Assembly: GCF_000315625.1 (NCBI RefSeq) | Contig: NW_005434643.1 | Location: forward strand, 363,174-422,446 | DNA length: 59,273 bases | From: Guillardia theta CCMP2712 | Taxonomy: Eukaryota; Protista; Cryptophyta | Reading direction: 5' to 3' | Shown: piece by piece, positions 29,683-41,700 of the stretch | Layout: each line of letters begins with the position of its first letter | How positions within the stretch are numbered: position 1 is the first letter of the stretch | Made by a program: the position numbers and the translations under genes | The notes under the pieces: model-generated | Seen by the model: only the letters and a program-made list of their open reading frames with translations | Database searches by the model: none | What the model was told of the DNA's origin: nothing

Positions 29683-30204
29683 ATGGCGCTCAAGGCGGCG
29701 GTGCTGCTCGGGTCGGCCGCTTCGTCCATGGCGTTCCTCGCGAGCCCTTGGCTGCCATGCACGAGCTTGAGAGGACGAACGACAGCCCATCCCGCTGCTG
29801 TGAGGATGCAGCTGGGAGGAGGAGGCCTGAAGGGTCTAGGGGGCGACCCGGACACTTACCGGTCAAGGCTGATGGAGAGAAAGAAGAAGCTGGAGGAGGG
29901 GAAGGGTGACATCAGATACAGCCCAGAGCTGTTGAGCATGATTCAAAAAGATGAGCAGACTCTGTTCAGCATGCTGGATACGCCGCTAGGGAACGAGGAG
30001 GTGGAGAGGCTGAAGGCGATCAACAGCGACGATGTGATGATCATGGAAGACGACGATGAAGACGACTGGGAGATGGAGCAGGTGACAGCAGCTGTTGTGT
30101 TAGCTCATGCCGTGTTGATGAACTTGCCACAGGCGTTGCTCGAAATGTTTGTTGAGCAGGGAGACGTCGATCCCACGAAGCTGCCCAAGACAGGGCAGGT
30201 GTGA
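29683..30204 (+). CDS. Small putative plastid-targeted protein with a bipartite presequence; probable 51-nt intron at 30082-30132
   Basis: MALKAAVLLGSAASSMA|FLASP reads as a signal peptide followed by Phe. An Arg/Ser/Thr-rich transit-like stretch ending VRM follows, then an acidic mature domain. Confidence 0.75.
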   Translation: MALKAAVLLGSAASSMAFLASPWLPCTSLRGRTTAHPAAVRMQLGGGGLKGLGGDPDTYRSRLMERKKKLEEGKGDIRYSPELLSMIQKDEQTLFSMLDTPLGNEEVERLKAINSDDVMIMEDDDEDDWEMEQVTAAVVLAHAVLMNLPQALLEMFVEQGDVDPTKLPKTGQV

Positions 30205-30244
30205 GGAGAAGAGGGCATGTTTTGAGCAATCATGGCGCTAGTCT

Positions 30245-31648
30245 TTATTTCGTGATCATGGAGAGCAGAGAGGGGTGCAATGAACATTCTAACTGTTGAG
30301 TTGTTTCCTCCATGCGTTCCGAATTTACATTCATAAAGGACTGCCTGGTTGTCAAGAAGCAAGTTGTTGTATACACTGACATGCAGGTTAGATGGAGTAG
30401 GCGCACTTTGAGAAGCACTTTCAGCCTGTCATGATGCGCCTTTTTGAGCTCAACCAAAGTTGCTTGCGGGCTGTGAGATGACGACAAGGATGAGCTGCAG
30501 AGGAGAGCAGATGAAGGGAGTCGAGGGCGGAGGCGGTGAAAGGGGGAATAGTGGAAGGGAGCAGATCAGAAATAAATGGAGAGAGAACGGCTGAAGGAGA
30601 GGAGAGAGACGGAGAATGGGCAGGTAGGAGGGAGGCTATTCGAAGAAGAGAAGGACGGGGACAAGGCGGAAGCGGAGGAGGACGAGGACGAGGAAGAGGA
30701 TGAGAACGAAGACGAGGGCGAGGGCGAGGGCGAGGGCGAGGGCGAGAACGGGGAGTAGGAGGAGGAGGAGGAGGAGGAGAACGAGGCTGGAGTACAGCAG
30801 CAACAATGGGTTCGGGGTCAAACAAGAGTTGATGAGAATGGGAGCAGAGAACTGGACTCATCGCCCTCACCTCCCCTCCTCAGCGATGGTCAGGTCCCAC
30901 CCTGAAGACTTCCTGATGTGGAGGATGCTTCCTTCAACTGCCAGGTACAGCGTCACTACATCACGCACGGTCGCCTGTCAAAGAGGAGGTGTACGGAGGT
31001 CAGGGAGGCCGAAATCTTGTGCAGCAAGTCAGGACTGAGAACTCGCAGCACAACTCACGTACACTCCTCGAACTGACGGAAACCTGCGAATAGGGTGAGG
31101 AGAAGAAGAGGGCAGGTGAGGGGAGGAGACGGGCGGGAGTTCAGTGGTTGGGGAGGGGTAGAAGCAGGTGACCGGCAAGGACCAAGGCGATGATCAGTAC
31201 AGGAATAAATGCGTTAGATCAGAAGGAGCTTACATTCGATAGCGAACTTTTCTGAGTTGAGAAAACGGACGAAGTCCCAACTGATCACGCTCATCATCAT
31301 CATCCTTCACCACCACCACCACCACCACCACCTCCTCCTCCTCCTCCCCATCATCATCATCCTCATCATCATCATCCTCATCCTCATCCTCATCCTCATC
31401 ATCCCCATCCTCATCATCCCCATCATCATCATCATCATCATCCAGTCGCACGTAGCAACGTCGTCCGAGATGTTCTTGCCCATTTCCTGACGGCAGCAGC
31501 TCAAACCCTCCAACTACAGGAGGAGGAGGCGCCTTGCCTTGTAGTTCTCCTTCAGGACTTCAAAGTAGGGCGCAAACCCGCCGCCTGGAAGCAACACCAA
31601 CCAACGTCATACCCCCCCCCCCTTCCCTTCCAACCCCAACCCCTCATC

Positions 31649-31708
<60 letters not shown>

Positions 31709-32200
31709 TCAACAGCAACACGATCTATTTCCTATGCGCAGCTACAACATCATTGCCAACATCAAAACCTCCTCGTGCTCTCTACCCTCCGTTGCTGCAA
31801 CAAACCTGTATCGAGTTCAGCCTCGTCTATCACCTAGCGCACGAGTCATGTTCCCCGCGACATTCATATCCCTCCCTCTACCCTTCCCCTCTCTACCCTC
31901 CCCTCCCTCTGCCGCTTCCCTCCCTCTCTCCATCCTGCACTCCATCTTCCACACCATGGGCGAGAAAGAGAGCGAGGAAGGGAAAAGCAGGCGAGAGAGG
32001 TCGAGGAGCCTGCGAGTAGTCAAACACGGGAGAAGGGGCAGCAGCACTGACATGGCACATGGATGGAGGTAGCGATAAGTCAGCCCCGCAGAGCCCCTTC
32101 GCTCCTGCTCGCAACTAAGGCAAGAAGGAAAGGAAATTTTGATATGCCTGCAGATAGCCCGCTATGAAAGGAGCAACGTCAGACTCTCCTCCATCACCAT

Positions 32201-32235
<35 letters not shown>

Positions 32236-34917
32236 GCTGAAACATCGAAGGTCTCTTGTGATTCTACTTCCCTCCCTCTTTTCTTATCCGGCAGCTTGCG
32301 GTCGTTTCTCACGAGCTCGCGGAGGCTGATTGCCTTGACCAGAAACACCTGGAGGAGGAGAGTAAGAGGAAGAGGAGAAGAAGGAGGAGAGAAAGTGTAT
32401 GGAATAGACAAGGGCGGGATAGGTCGGTAGGATGAGTAGGGAGGGCAGAAAGGTTGAAGGAGCGTAGCAGCAGGAAGGGAGAGGAAGAGAGGAGAGGAGA
32501 GGAAGGCAGAGAAGGAATCAGCGATAAAGAGGAGAGAGAACAGCTATTCAAGAAGGAGGCACAAAGAGTTTCGTGTGGCCTCACGTCTTGCTCAGTCAGC
32601 ATCACAAGTCCTGCCACATTGTCAGAGGTGGGAGGGTGCAAGCGAGCATGAGGAGCAGGGAAGGAGAAGTGAAAGCGGGAGGGACTAGGAGGGGCGGTGA
32701 ACTGTGGATAATGAAAAGGCAGAGTGCAGTAGGAGATGAAAGAGAATTGAAAAACAAGCAGGAAGGAACCAAAGAGAGTGGAAAGAAGGTAGAACTTCAA
32801 TGAGACGGACAAGGAATCAGATGAAAAGGATGAACAAGAGGAGCAGGAGGGGCAGGCGGAGCAGGCAGAGGAGGAGGATAATGAAAAGATCACTTGTTGA
32901 GAATTCCTCCAGAACGACATCATTCCACAACCAGTCCAAAAGCTAAACAACGATTGACGATCAGCTCCCAGTCGAAACAAGCCACCCTTGCTTGCTACCT
33001 CCCTCACTTCCACTCCCTCACTCCTTCACTCACTCCTTCACATTCCTCCATTTCTACCACTCTTTTGTCCTTATTCTTTATCAAACTTTGCCAATTTTCT
33101 TACCGCCCCATGAATCCAGGATGCCATATGCCTAGAATACAGGGTCACTCACTAGCACACTTCCCCCTCCGCTCCCGCCCCTGCCCCCCTGCCCCCCTCT
33201 CTTCCACCTCCCCCTCCTTCCTGCTCCTGATCTTACTTCTCAGCTTTCCTCCTCGAGGGCGATACCATGTACCGCACTCCCATCTCCTTGCAGACGTCCT
33301 CCAGTTGTGCTCCTGGCACTCTTTCAGAACCTTACCACCGCAAACTCGCACCAGCCCCACTCATGCTGTCATCTGACGCATCGATCACTACAAACAATTC
33401 CAGCTCGTCTAGCAAATGCTTCCTGAACGTGATAACCTGCGTCCTCAGCATCTCCGGCTGCCATTCAGGGTCAGTGTCTATCACAGATGCGACGTCGGGA
33501 CCTGACTGTAGACGACTGGGATGACTACCACCGCGTCCTCCCTCTTGCCGCATTTGCTACCGCGATCCCTACGTCTGTCTTCCACCTCCCTCGCGGCAAC
33601 GTCCCGCGTCCCATCAGACTCGTGCTGCTGGTACTTCCTTCGCTCCCTTCCAATCTTGTCCCAAAGTTGCGCCATAACTGTCGTTAAAATCACTCCCGCA
33701 GAGCAAGCTCACCGCGGCAAACACAACCTTGCTCTACATCGCCCCCTCCGTTTCCTATCGAGCATGCAGCAGCGTCAAAAGCATGCGCAATGCGGTTCAC
33801 CCGGCAGTTACCTCCCAGCCCCTTCAGCTCCTCTCGCGCTCCTGCTAGGCAAGCTCTCACTGCCCGGCAGACTCCCCCCGCAATGGCGGCCTCAGACCCC
33901 TGGATCGAACAACTTCAGGGCACTTTACAGCACTCAGGTAGCGTAAAAGTCACACCAAGGGCCTCAAGACAAGAGGACAGACCAGAGACGGCTCCTCCAT
34001 GCTCTGACTCGTCTCTAGAGAGCATCGACTGGTCCAGGGCATGAAGAAAATTCTCCTGCTGGATCCTTACGAGCTCGAACCCTCCAAGGCCTCTAGGAAC
34101 GTCGATCGAGAGTGTTCACCTTGGCAGGTAGTGCAGGAGCTGCTGGAAGCTTCTCTCAACTGACCTCATAATCTCTGCCCTGCACGGTGAGGAAACAGGC
34201 TGCGAGGCAATAATCCCAGTCCACTGTCCATCTACCTTGAGGTTCTGACATGTTGAGGTGTACTGTCTCGACGCTGATCTCCTTGTGCCTCATGAGCTTC
34301 TCAAGCTCGAATCCAACCACAGCACCATCCTCTGCCAGGATCCTGAAGACCACATCCTGCCTCTTGCAGGATTCCAGCAAGCCCAATACCATGCGCTCCT
34401 TTCCCCTCTGAGCACTCAAAGTCAGGGGCGATCATTGGTCGTATATTCCCGTGCATGCTCACAGGTGCAAACACCATGACGACTGGTCTCGTCGGCTCCC
34501 AGTGCGAGCCTGACTGCCTGCACTCCGAGGACTCCACGAAGCCTGTCATGGCAACAAGTGAGCAGCGGACGAGGCGTTGATGCGGGGCGCACATGCTTTC
34601 TTGGAACTGACTGGCTCCGAGATGAATGTGTCAGCTTGTTTGAGGTACAACTCAATGCCTGCATCCTGCAAGAACGTCGAGGTAAGTGGAGAGGTCGACT
34701 TCTACAGCAAGGTATCATTTCTTGCGCCCCAACGTTAATTGTTCTCCTGGATCTCACTCCGATCCCACCAGACATCAAGATGAGCAGCACAACAATGCTC
34801 ATCGCCATCACAAGCATCGCAGTCACGCGCGTCAGCAGCAGCGCCTACCTCTTCGCTGAGTCCTCCCGCCATTCCGACCACTAGAACAGCCAGCGCCCAT
34901 CTCGCCATGCCTGGCAT
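30245..34917 (-). CDS. Multi-exon secreted or type-II protein with a putative GT-A-like glycosyltransferase domain in its C-terminal half; ends uncertain
   Basis: Signal peptide MARWALAVLVVGMAGG. Spliced segments read VVVIPVVYSQ|PEMLRTQVITFRKHLLDELELFVVIDAS (intron 33458-33501), LLDWLWNDVV, LVMLTEQD|VFLVKAISL, YRYLHP and GFDVG. Confidence 0.5.
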
Positions 34918-35424
34918 GGCAGACCCCGACAGGCAAGGGCAGCAAGTACACAGCTATCATAAATATTTGCTGTCCTCTGAAACCTTCTATTCCGGAGCGA
35001 GCCTGGAAACTTGACTCACAGAAGGTTGCAGGACGTGAGCAAAAAGGGCACATGGGCATAACGGTACGTGACTTGACTGATGACGGTAACCTGACCTGAC
35101 CTAAAAACGAGTCGATTCGGCTCTCCGAGAAGCTTAAATAGAGATCTCCGTTAGAACGTGCCTTTAAGCCCACATAGTTCGATTACCCCACCTTCTCCCC
35201 TTTTTGTACCCCTACCCCCTTCCGCCCCTTGCTCCCCTTTATCAATCAGCCCTCGCCCGACCAGTCCTTCCACGCGCTCTCTGCCACGAGCAAGAAGTTC
35301 CCTCTACCACACGAAGCTCGAAGCCTCTCCCTGATAACTGACACTCCAAGAAGACCAAGACTTGATCTGAACCCATCCTCTCCTGAACTGAGCCATTGCG
35401 AGATCGAGGATCCAAATCCGAGAA

Positions 35425-36315
35425 ATGAGAAAACCTTCACAACAACAATCACTTGAAGAGGAACTGCAACTTTTGTTGCGGATGCAACAAGAAGGACAAG
35501 ATTACAGTCTTGACTCTGGCAAAGAGAATGATGCGAAGGAGGTGAAAAATCGTGTGAGAGCCTTGAAAAATAGGCTGGCTGCCAAGAAATCACGGGATCA
35601 AGCAAGATGCTACGTTCAGAAACTTGAGGCCCAAATCTCCACGCTTCATGCGCAGAACGATGGACTGTCTCAGCAGCTTTCGCTTGCAAACTTCAAGATC
35701 CAGTCTTTGGTTGCCGAGAACGAGAAGTTGAGACGAAGACAAAGAAGTGACACCAAACCAAGGCAAGATTCAATTGAGCGGAAATACAAGTACGAATCAA
35801 GATATGCTGGAGGTCTGATGGTCGAGACCAACGACGACGTCGACGGCTCTTCCGATAGTCAGTCGTATCACTCCTCCCCGGTCAACTTTCTAGCTTCAGA
35901 GCCGCCAGCAATGGGCGTTGGGCTGGTGACATTAGAGCAGTGGCGAAAGGAGAGGCGCCGTTTGCAGCACCGGAAAGCACAGCGGAAACAAGACCATGCT
36001 GCCAACCACAAGAGCAGAACGGAGAATCTCAAGACCGAACAGTCAACAGAGGTGCAGAGCATGGAGTACTCCCAAGCTGAGCCCGTTCCTGTCAGTCAAG
36101 AGTCACAGTCCGTCCAGATTGCATCCGGCTGGCAAGGGACTTTTACTTTCACAACGCCGTCTCAGGAGCCTAATGATTTTCCTCCCCCGTCCTTGTCCAG
36201 GAACTCTTCAAACGGTCTATCTCTCTCCCGACAGAACTCTTTTTTTCAAACTGCGCGGGAGGGAGAAGAGTTCTGGCTCAACCAGCTCTCTTATTGCGAG
36301 ATAACAACAATGTAG
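35425..36315 (+). CDS. bZIP transcription factor, no intron
   Basis: Basic region RVRALKNRLAAKKSR followed by the heptad zipper LEAQISTLHAQNDGLSQQL. Confidence 0.9.
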   Translation: MRKPSQQQSLEEELQLLLRMQQEGQDYSLDSGKENDAKEVKNRVRALKNRLAAKKSRDQARCYVQKLEAQISTLHAQNDGLSQQLSLANFKIQSLVAENEKLRRRQRSDTKPRQDSIERKYKYESRYAGGLMVETNDDVDGSSDSQSYHSSPVNFLASEPPAMGVGLVTLEQWRKERRRLQHRKAQRKQDHAANHKSRTENLKTEQSTEVQSMEYSQAEPVPVSQESQSVQIASGWQGTFTFTTPSQEPNDFPPPSLSRNSSNGLSLSRQNSFFQTAREGEEFWLNQLSYCEITTM

Positions 36316-36629
36316 AAATGCCTTGCAGGGTTTGAGTGCTTTCTCATTTTGTTTTTTTTTGTTTATTCAAATAAATATGAGTTTGATGTGATAGGTTTGT
36401 AGCATCACTCTACAGAATGCAAAAACACGTTAAAACATGAAATGAGCTTATCGCGGGATTTGACATCCCCTTCCTCGTCCTCTATTGCACAGACAAAATC
36501 CATGTGGTTATCGAGCACATCTCTGAGAACTGACTGAGATTTTTCTACCTGGGAAATACATCTGCGTCTTCAAGGTTCTGCGCCCTCCTCCCTGTCAAGT
36601 TGCGGAGCCCGTCTGATTCCATGCCAGAC

Positions 36630-36892
36630 GCACAGGACATGACCAGAGTGGTATAGGGGATGTGAGTTTTACTACTGGAACCCAAATTCACGGAATGGCG
36701 TCAAATCAGCAAGGGAGCAAAAAACGAAGGAGGGACATGGTCATTCAGCGACGGGGGGACATGACTTTACATATCCCCCAACGATGGGGGACGTGATCAG
36801 ATGATCCGGTCCCAATGGAAGGAGCGGGATGTGATCAGGGACATGATCTCGATCGTAGCATTTAAAATAGTTGTTGACCATGGGGACGTGAC
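36630..36892 (+). promoter_or_regulatory. Cluster of about 7 GGGA(C/T)(A/G)TGA motifs upstream of the gene at 37029
   Basis: agggacatgg, ggggacatga, ggggacgtga, gggatgtga, agggacatga and ggggacgtga, all on the same strand. Confidence 0.45.
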
Positions 36893-37028
36893 TGCTGAAT
36901 AACGGGCTCCGCGGGCCCGGGCCGGAGTAGTCACTGAGTAGTGCCAGGGCCCGGCGACTTTGGCGCCGCCAGGAGCAGTTTCAAATCAGTTACAAATCAC
37001 ACCGTTCTATTTCCGGAAGAGTGAAGAC

Positions 37029-38123
37029 ATGCCGGGAGGGGGGCGCAGCGTGGGAAGCGGAGGAATGGCAGCTCAAGGTCTCCTCCTCCTGCTCGTCCTC
37101 TTCGTCGAAGTTAATGCAAATCAACAAAAATCTCCCCAAGAGGTATGTGCCGTCTTGCTGTTGAGAAGGGAGGTCGGAACAGTCAGTCGAGTCCTTCCTT
37201 GTCGTGGATGAACTTCTGCCTCTGTTGCTGCATGCGAGAGTGTCGAGAGGGATTCAAGTGCAACTGATCTTTCTTCTGTAGGAGCTTAAAGCTAAGATTT
37301 CTGCGATTCACGCCTTGTCACAGACATATTTAAAGAAAGTTCCTCAAAGCGTAATGGCTGTTCACGCGAATCATGTACCGGGACAAGTGCATGCCACATC
37401 AATGCAAGCGTTTTCAAAAAATCAAGTGAACATCCAACCAAAAACTGGAATGAAGCTAGCGTCAGCGACACCTTCAAATGCTGATGCCAAGGATCCGAGG
37501 ATGAACAATGGGAAATTTGATTGGCTTCTCAAGGAAACAAGTCCCCTGTACACAGCCGCCAAGAAAGCTGTTTCAGTAGCTGCGAATAAGCTTAGTCTGA
37601 ATGCAGCTAACACACCGAAGGGTGCTTTACAGTTGCAGGCATCCAATGGAACTGATGCTAACACCACGGAGACGAACTCTCAGGGGGATAGGAGGCTTGA
37701 GAATGGGGGGGGGGATTCGGATGACATCACTTCGGAGTTCAAGATGACAAAGAAGAATGAGCTATATTTCTTTATCACGTACTGATCGCGTGCCCCATGC
37801 TTGCAAGTGCCAACTCTGACGCTGTCGTCCGTAGGTGGATCATTGTCCTCTTTCTGGTGATTGGCGTGTTACTCTTGTGCATTGCCTACGCTCGAACCAT
37901 GTTGGGCGCGGATAATCAGAAAGTTCCTCCCTCAAATGTAAATGTCGTTTGTGTCTTCATTGCGTGTGCTCTCCTGCAGTGTTTAATGTGCTCACTCCTG
38001 ACTGCAGGCCAAGAATGGTTTGGGAGCACCAGGATATGGAGCAGCAGGAAGGATTCATTAAGAGCTTGGTTAAAGCTCCCTATGTGTGTAACTATTTTCA
38101 ACCTCTTTTGCGAAGGAATTTGA
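37029..38123 (+). CDS. Type-I membrane protein (signal peptide, low-complexity ectodomain, single TM); multi-exon, 3' end uncertain
   Basis: Signal peptide GLLLLLVLFVEVNA; exon ~37282-37779; TM segment WIIVLFLVIGVLLLCIAY after a GT-AG intron. Confidence 0.65.
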
Positions 38124-38329
38124 TGAGAGGATTGATCAAAACTTGGCTGATTCATATTAATGATCAGTCCGACAGAACAGTGGCATGTTGTATCATTGAA
38201 TTTTTATCAGTTCGGAATACATTAGACAGAATGATTTGGGCGGCAGGCGACTACAGGCCTGTACATAGTACCAATAGCAGTCCACAAAGATTCAACAGAT
38301 GTTAATCGGTTCAAAGATTCAACAGATGT

Positions 38330-38720
38330 TAATCAGCCGGGCGATCTGGGGAAGGGCCGGCGGCGGGCCCGGGCGGCCGGCCGAGTCCGATCGCCGGCGG
38401 GGAGGATGGGACCTTGCTGATCGGCGGAGCCGGCCCCAATCCGATCACACTGGCAGCCGCTGGCTTAGTCTCGCCACTGAGTCGGGCCTGCGTGGCGGCC
38501 GCCGCCGGGCCCTAGACAACAGGCTTGAGTTTCCGCCGCCCGGCGCTGCGCCGCTGGCCCGGCCCTGAGGCCGCCCGGCCGCAGTGGCAACCAGTAAGCC
38601 TGCCTCACTCCCCTGGCGATTCAAGAATGTGAACTTGAAGCGGGCCCGGGTAATCGGGGTGATCATCGGATAGTAAGCCTCAGAACTCATGACAACTTTC
38701 AACGGTTGGCCGGGCATCAG
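38330..38720. repeat. GC-rich palindrome-word island between convergent genes
   Basis: CCGGCCG, GGGCCCGGG, GATCATCGGA, CACTGAGTC and AACTTGAA. Confidence 0.7.
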
Positions 38721-38770
38721 CCAACTGGCAAGGCCATGCTACAGTTGCTACTAAGAGGATTCCCACTGGC

Positions 38771-41700
38771 TCATTGACATAGAACGTTGCGGAAGTTGAC
38801 ATACTGCTTGTGAAGGTGCTGCTTCACGTTGTACATCTCATCGAGCAACACCTGCTCCTCCCCATCATCTCTCCGCGTCTGCCCCCCCACTCAGCCTCTC
38901 TACACTCACCTGAACCTCGCAGATGTGCCGCCGCAGGCCCTGCGTCTCGTCCCACTGCTTGAGCGGAATGAAAGTGCATGCCCCACTCTTGGCGTTCACC
39001 GTCCACCCCACCTGACCTCTTCACATCAGACTACCTCCTCCCACTCCCCCCTTTTCTCCCTTCACCACCCCCTTGTTCACCCCGAGCTCTGTTCACCCCA
39101 CTCCGTTTCTTCTCCTCCTCTTCCCCCCTGCTCTCACCTCAAAGCACACGCAAAGATCCCTGTACCCCCCGCAAGATTGAAAGTCGTACTTGCGGTCATA
39201 CCTGCAGCCCCCATAACTCTATCGCCTCCCTTGCTACCTCCACTCACCTGTTCTTGATGCTTGTGATGTTCAAGTACACATCTCCTTGCACCCCGCTTCC
39301 TGACTGCACAGCGAAAGTCCATCAGGCGCCTTTCACCTCACCCTCTTCCCTCACCTCGAGGTCACCTTGGCACGTCTGCTCCAGCTCCTCCAACATCGAC
39401 CTGCCCAGTCCTGCTGCTACCGCCGACATCGACCGTACTTGCCGCACCCACTCCAGCACCTCCTCAATCGACTTGACCACAACGGTGCATCGCACGAGGT
39501 CCGTCAAGCAGGAGGGGTCGCGGTGGTACGACCTCACCGTCTTCTGGATGGCTCGCTCGCATGACTTCACCTTCCCGTACTCCACCCTCCCCATTGGGTT
39601 CCACTGGCCCACCCACAGCTGGAACGCCGCGCTGATCTCGTGCGCTTCCTCAAACAGCTTCTCCAGACTCTTGCTGTGCTGCCGGATCTTATTGCTCCTC
39701 ACCGAGTACCGCGATGCTTGCCTGCCCATCAACCTCGACCACACCCTTTCCCACAAACTCGCTTCCCTTGTTGTCCACGCCTTGAGCTTCAGGGAGATCA
39801 CCAGGACTTCATTGCTGATTTCATCCAACTTGGTTGATGACTTTGACACAACCCTGTCCCAGGTCTTTTCGAATCCTTCCATTGCAATATGGAGCTCTTT
39901 GAATGTCTGCCGATAGGATAACGAGTACCTGACCACAATGACGATGACAATCAGCCAAGAAAGAACTCCCAGCACCAGGAACACGTGCTTTGTGTTCTCC
40001 TCGATCGTCAGCCCGTCTCTCAAGCAGTAAGCTCCATGAAGCAGAAACACCACAATCCAGGCATAGTGCTGCACGAAGTGAACAAAAAAAATCACAATCA
40101 GGATGCATGCAATCAGCACAAAGGAAGAAAGTCCGCTGCACGACGACACAAAACCCGCATCGTCAGGATCGCACTGAATGAAATCCGACGCCGATGCAAC
40201 GATCTTCAACCACAGGATAAGATGCATGGAACCTACCAAGACGCGCTTCGCGTTCAAGGGTGTGCTGTACTTGCTCACTGCGATCGCTGAAAGATACAGC
40301 ACACCCCACAAAAACGCCAAGAACGAGTCGATCACTCTTGACACCTGAACAGTCTTCGGATGCTTCAACTCTTTGGAATTAGCGTCCACCATGAAGACAG
40401 AATTGGTAGCCAACATTCGTTGGACCATCACTGCCCCGAAGAACATCTGATCCAGGCCTCCAAACGCAATGCAGCACTGCGCAGGAGTCTTGAGCAGTGC
40501 CGTTTCGAGCGAGTTGCTCGATCTCAGCGCAAGTATCCCGTCCACATCATCGTCCCGGTACAGGCTCAGTCTGGTGTTCAACGGCAGGAAACGCTGATCC
40601 TGAGCACAATTCTTGACTATCTCCCCTATTGCCTCCACTGCCTCGTCGTAAAATTCTTCCTTCGCCTTGTTGATCCGCTCGCACGGGTTCTCGCTGTCCT
40701 CGCACGCCTTTGTCCTCCCCGTTGACGTCGTCGTGCTCACGGCAGACAGCCGATCCAGAGAGTCGATGCTCCGCAGGGCGAAGAACTCGTGCAGCAGCTG
40801 GTACTTGTTCGTCGCTTGTAGCACCTGCAGCATCTCCATCCCCCGCGGGTTGTGCTTCTCAAAGTGCCAAACCTTCTCCACCACCTGCTCCCTCAGTTCC
40901 TTCACGAGATGGTTCGATATCATCTCCACAGCTCCCTTCGCAGCTCCCTTCGCTCCCATGTCCCTCTCAACCATGTACCATCCGCATGCCCCGCTCACTG
41001 CCCCAGGACAAGCGTCCAGCCCCAGATCCCCCCTGCTGGAGTTTGACAGAAGTTTCATCACCGCCAGTCTTACCGATATCCCGCTCAAATACTTCACTAT
41101 CTTCTCAGGCTCCTCCTTCACTCCTGCTCCCTGTAGAATGCAACTCGCACTCTCGCTATTCAGCTTCGAGCCTGCCGAGCTCAGCCTCTCTATGGCGTCT
41201 CTCAGCGACACACGCCCTCCTCCCTCGTCTCGAAGGATCGGCAGCACTAGCCTCACCCTACCCGCTTTCGTCTCCAGCAGGTAGATCATCGCCAGTGCAA
41301 CCTGCAGAAAGTCGTTCTCTGTGTCCGCCTCCTCCCGCACTTGTTCCAGCGTCCCCAACACACTCGTCGCCCTCCCCCACGTGACCACCGGAACGAACAT
41401 GGTGCAGTTGCAGACAAACTTCTCCTTGCTGAAGGCGTGCCGGTTCAGCGACAGGTATGATATGCAGTCAGCGTCCAGGTAGGTCTTATGAGCGTAGATT
41501 TTGAAAAGCCATGATGACTCTTCCTCTAGCCGCTCGTGCGTCAGCCGATGAAGCTCGTCGGCAAACTCCTGCTCATTGAACCCTCCCAGCAGCTTCTTGC
41601 CTGACTCTTCGGGGAGCGTTGGGGCAACTCCATCGGGTCTCTTGATGGGGTGCCAGCGGAAGATGAAGAAGTGAACGTTGTCATCCGAGTACCGCAGAGA

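Noticed and set aside
31230-31710. Poly-D/E/V/H and (SC)n ORFs
   Set aside because: These come from intronic CAT, CAC and CTCCTG microsatellites.
38978-41384. Plus-strand ORFs of 312, 205 and 224 aa
   Set aside because: They are antisense shadows of the TIR-TM-RSH gene.
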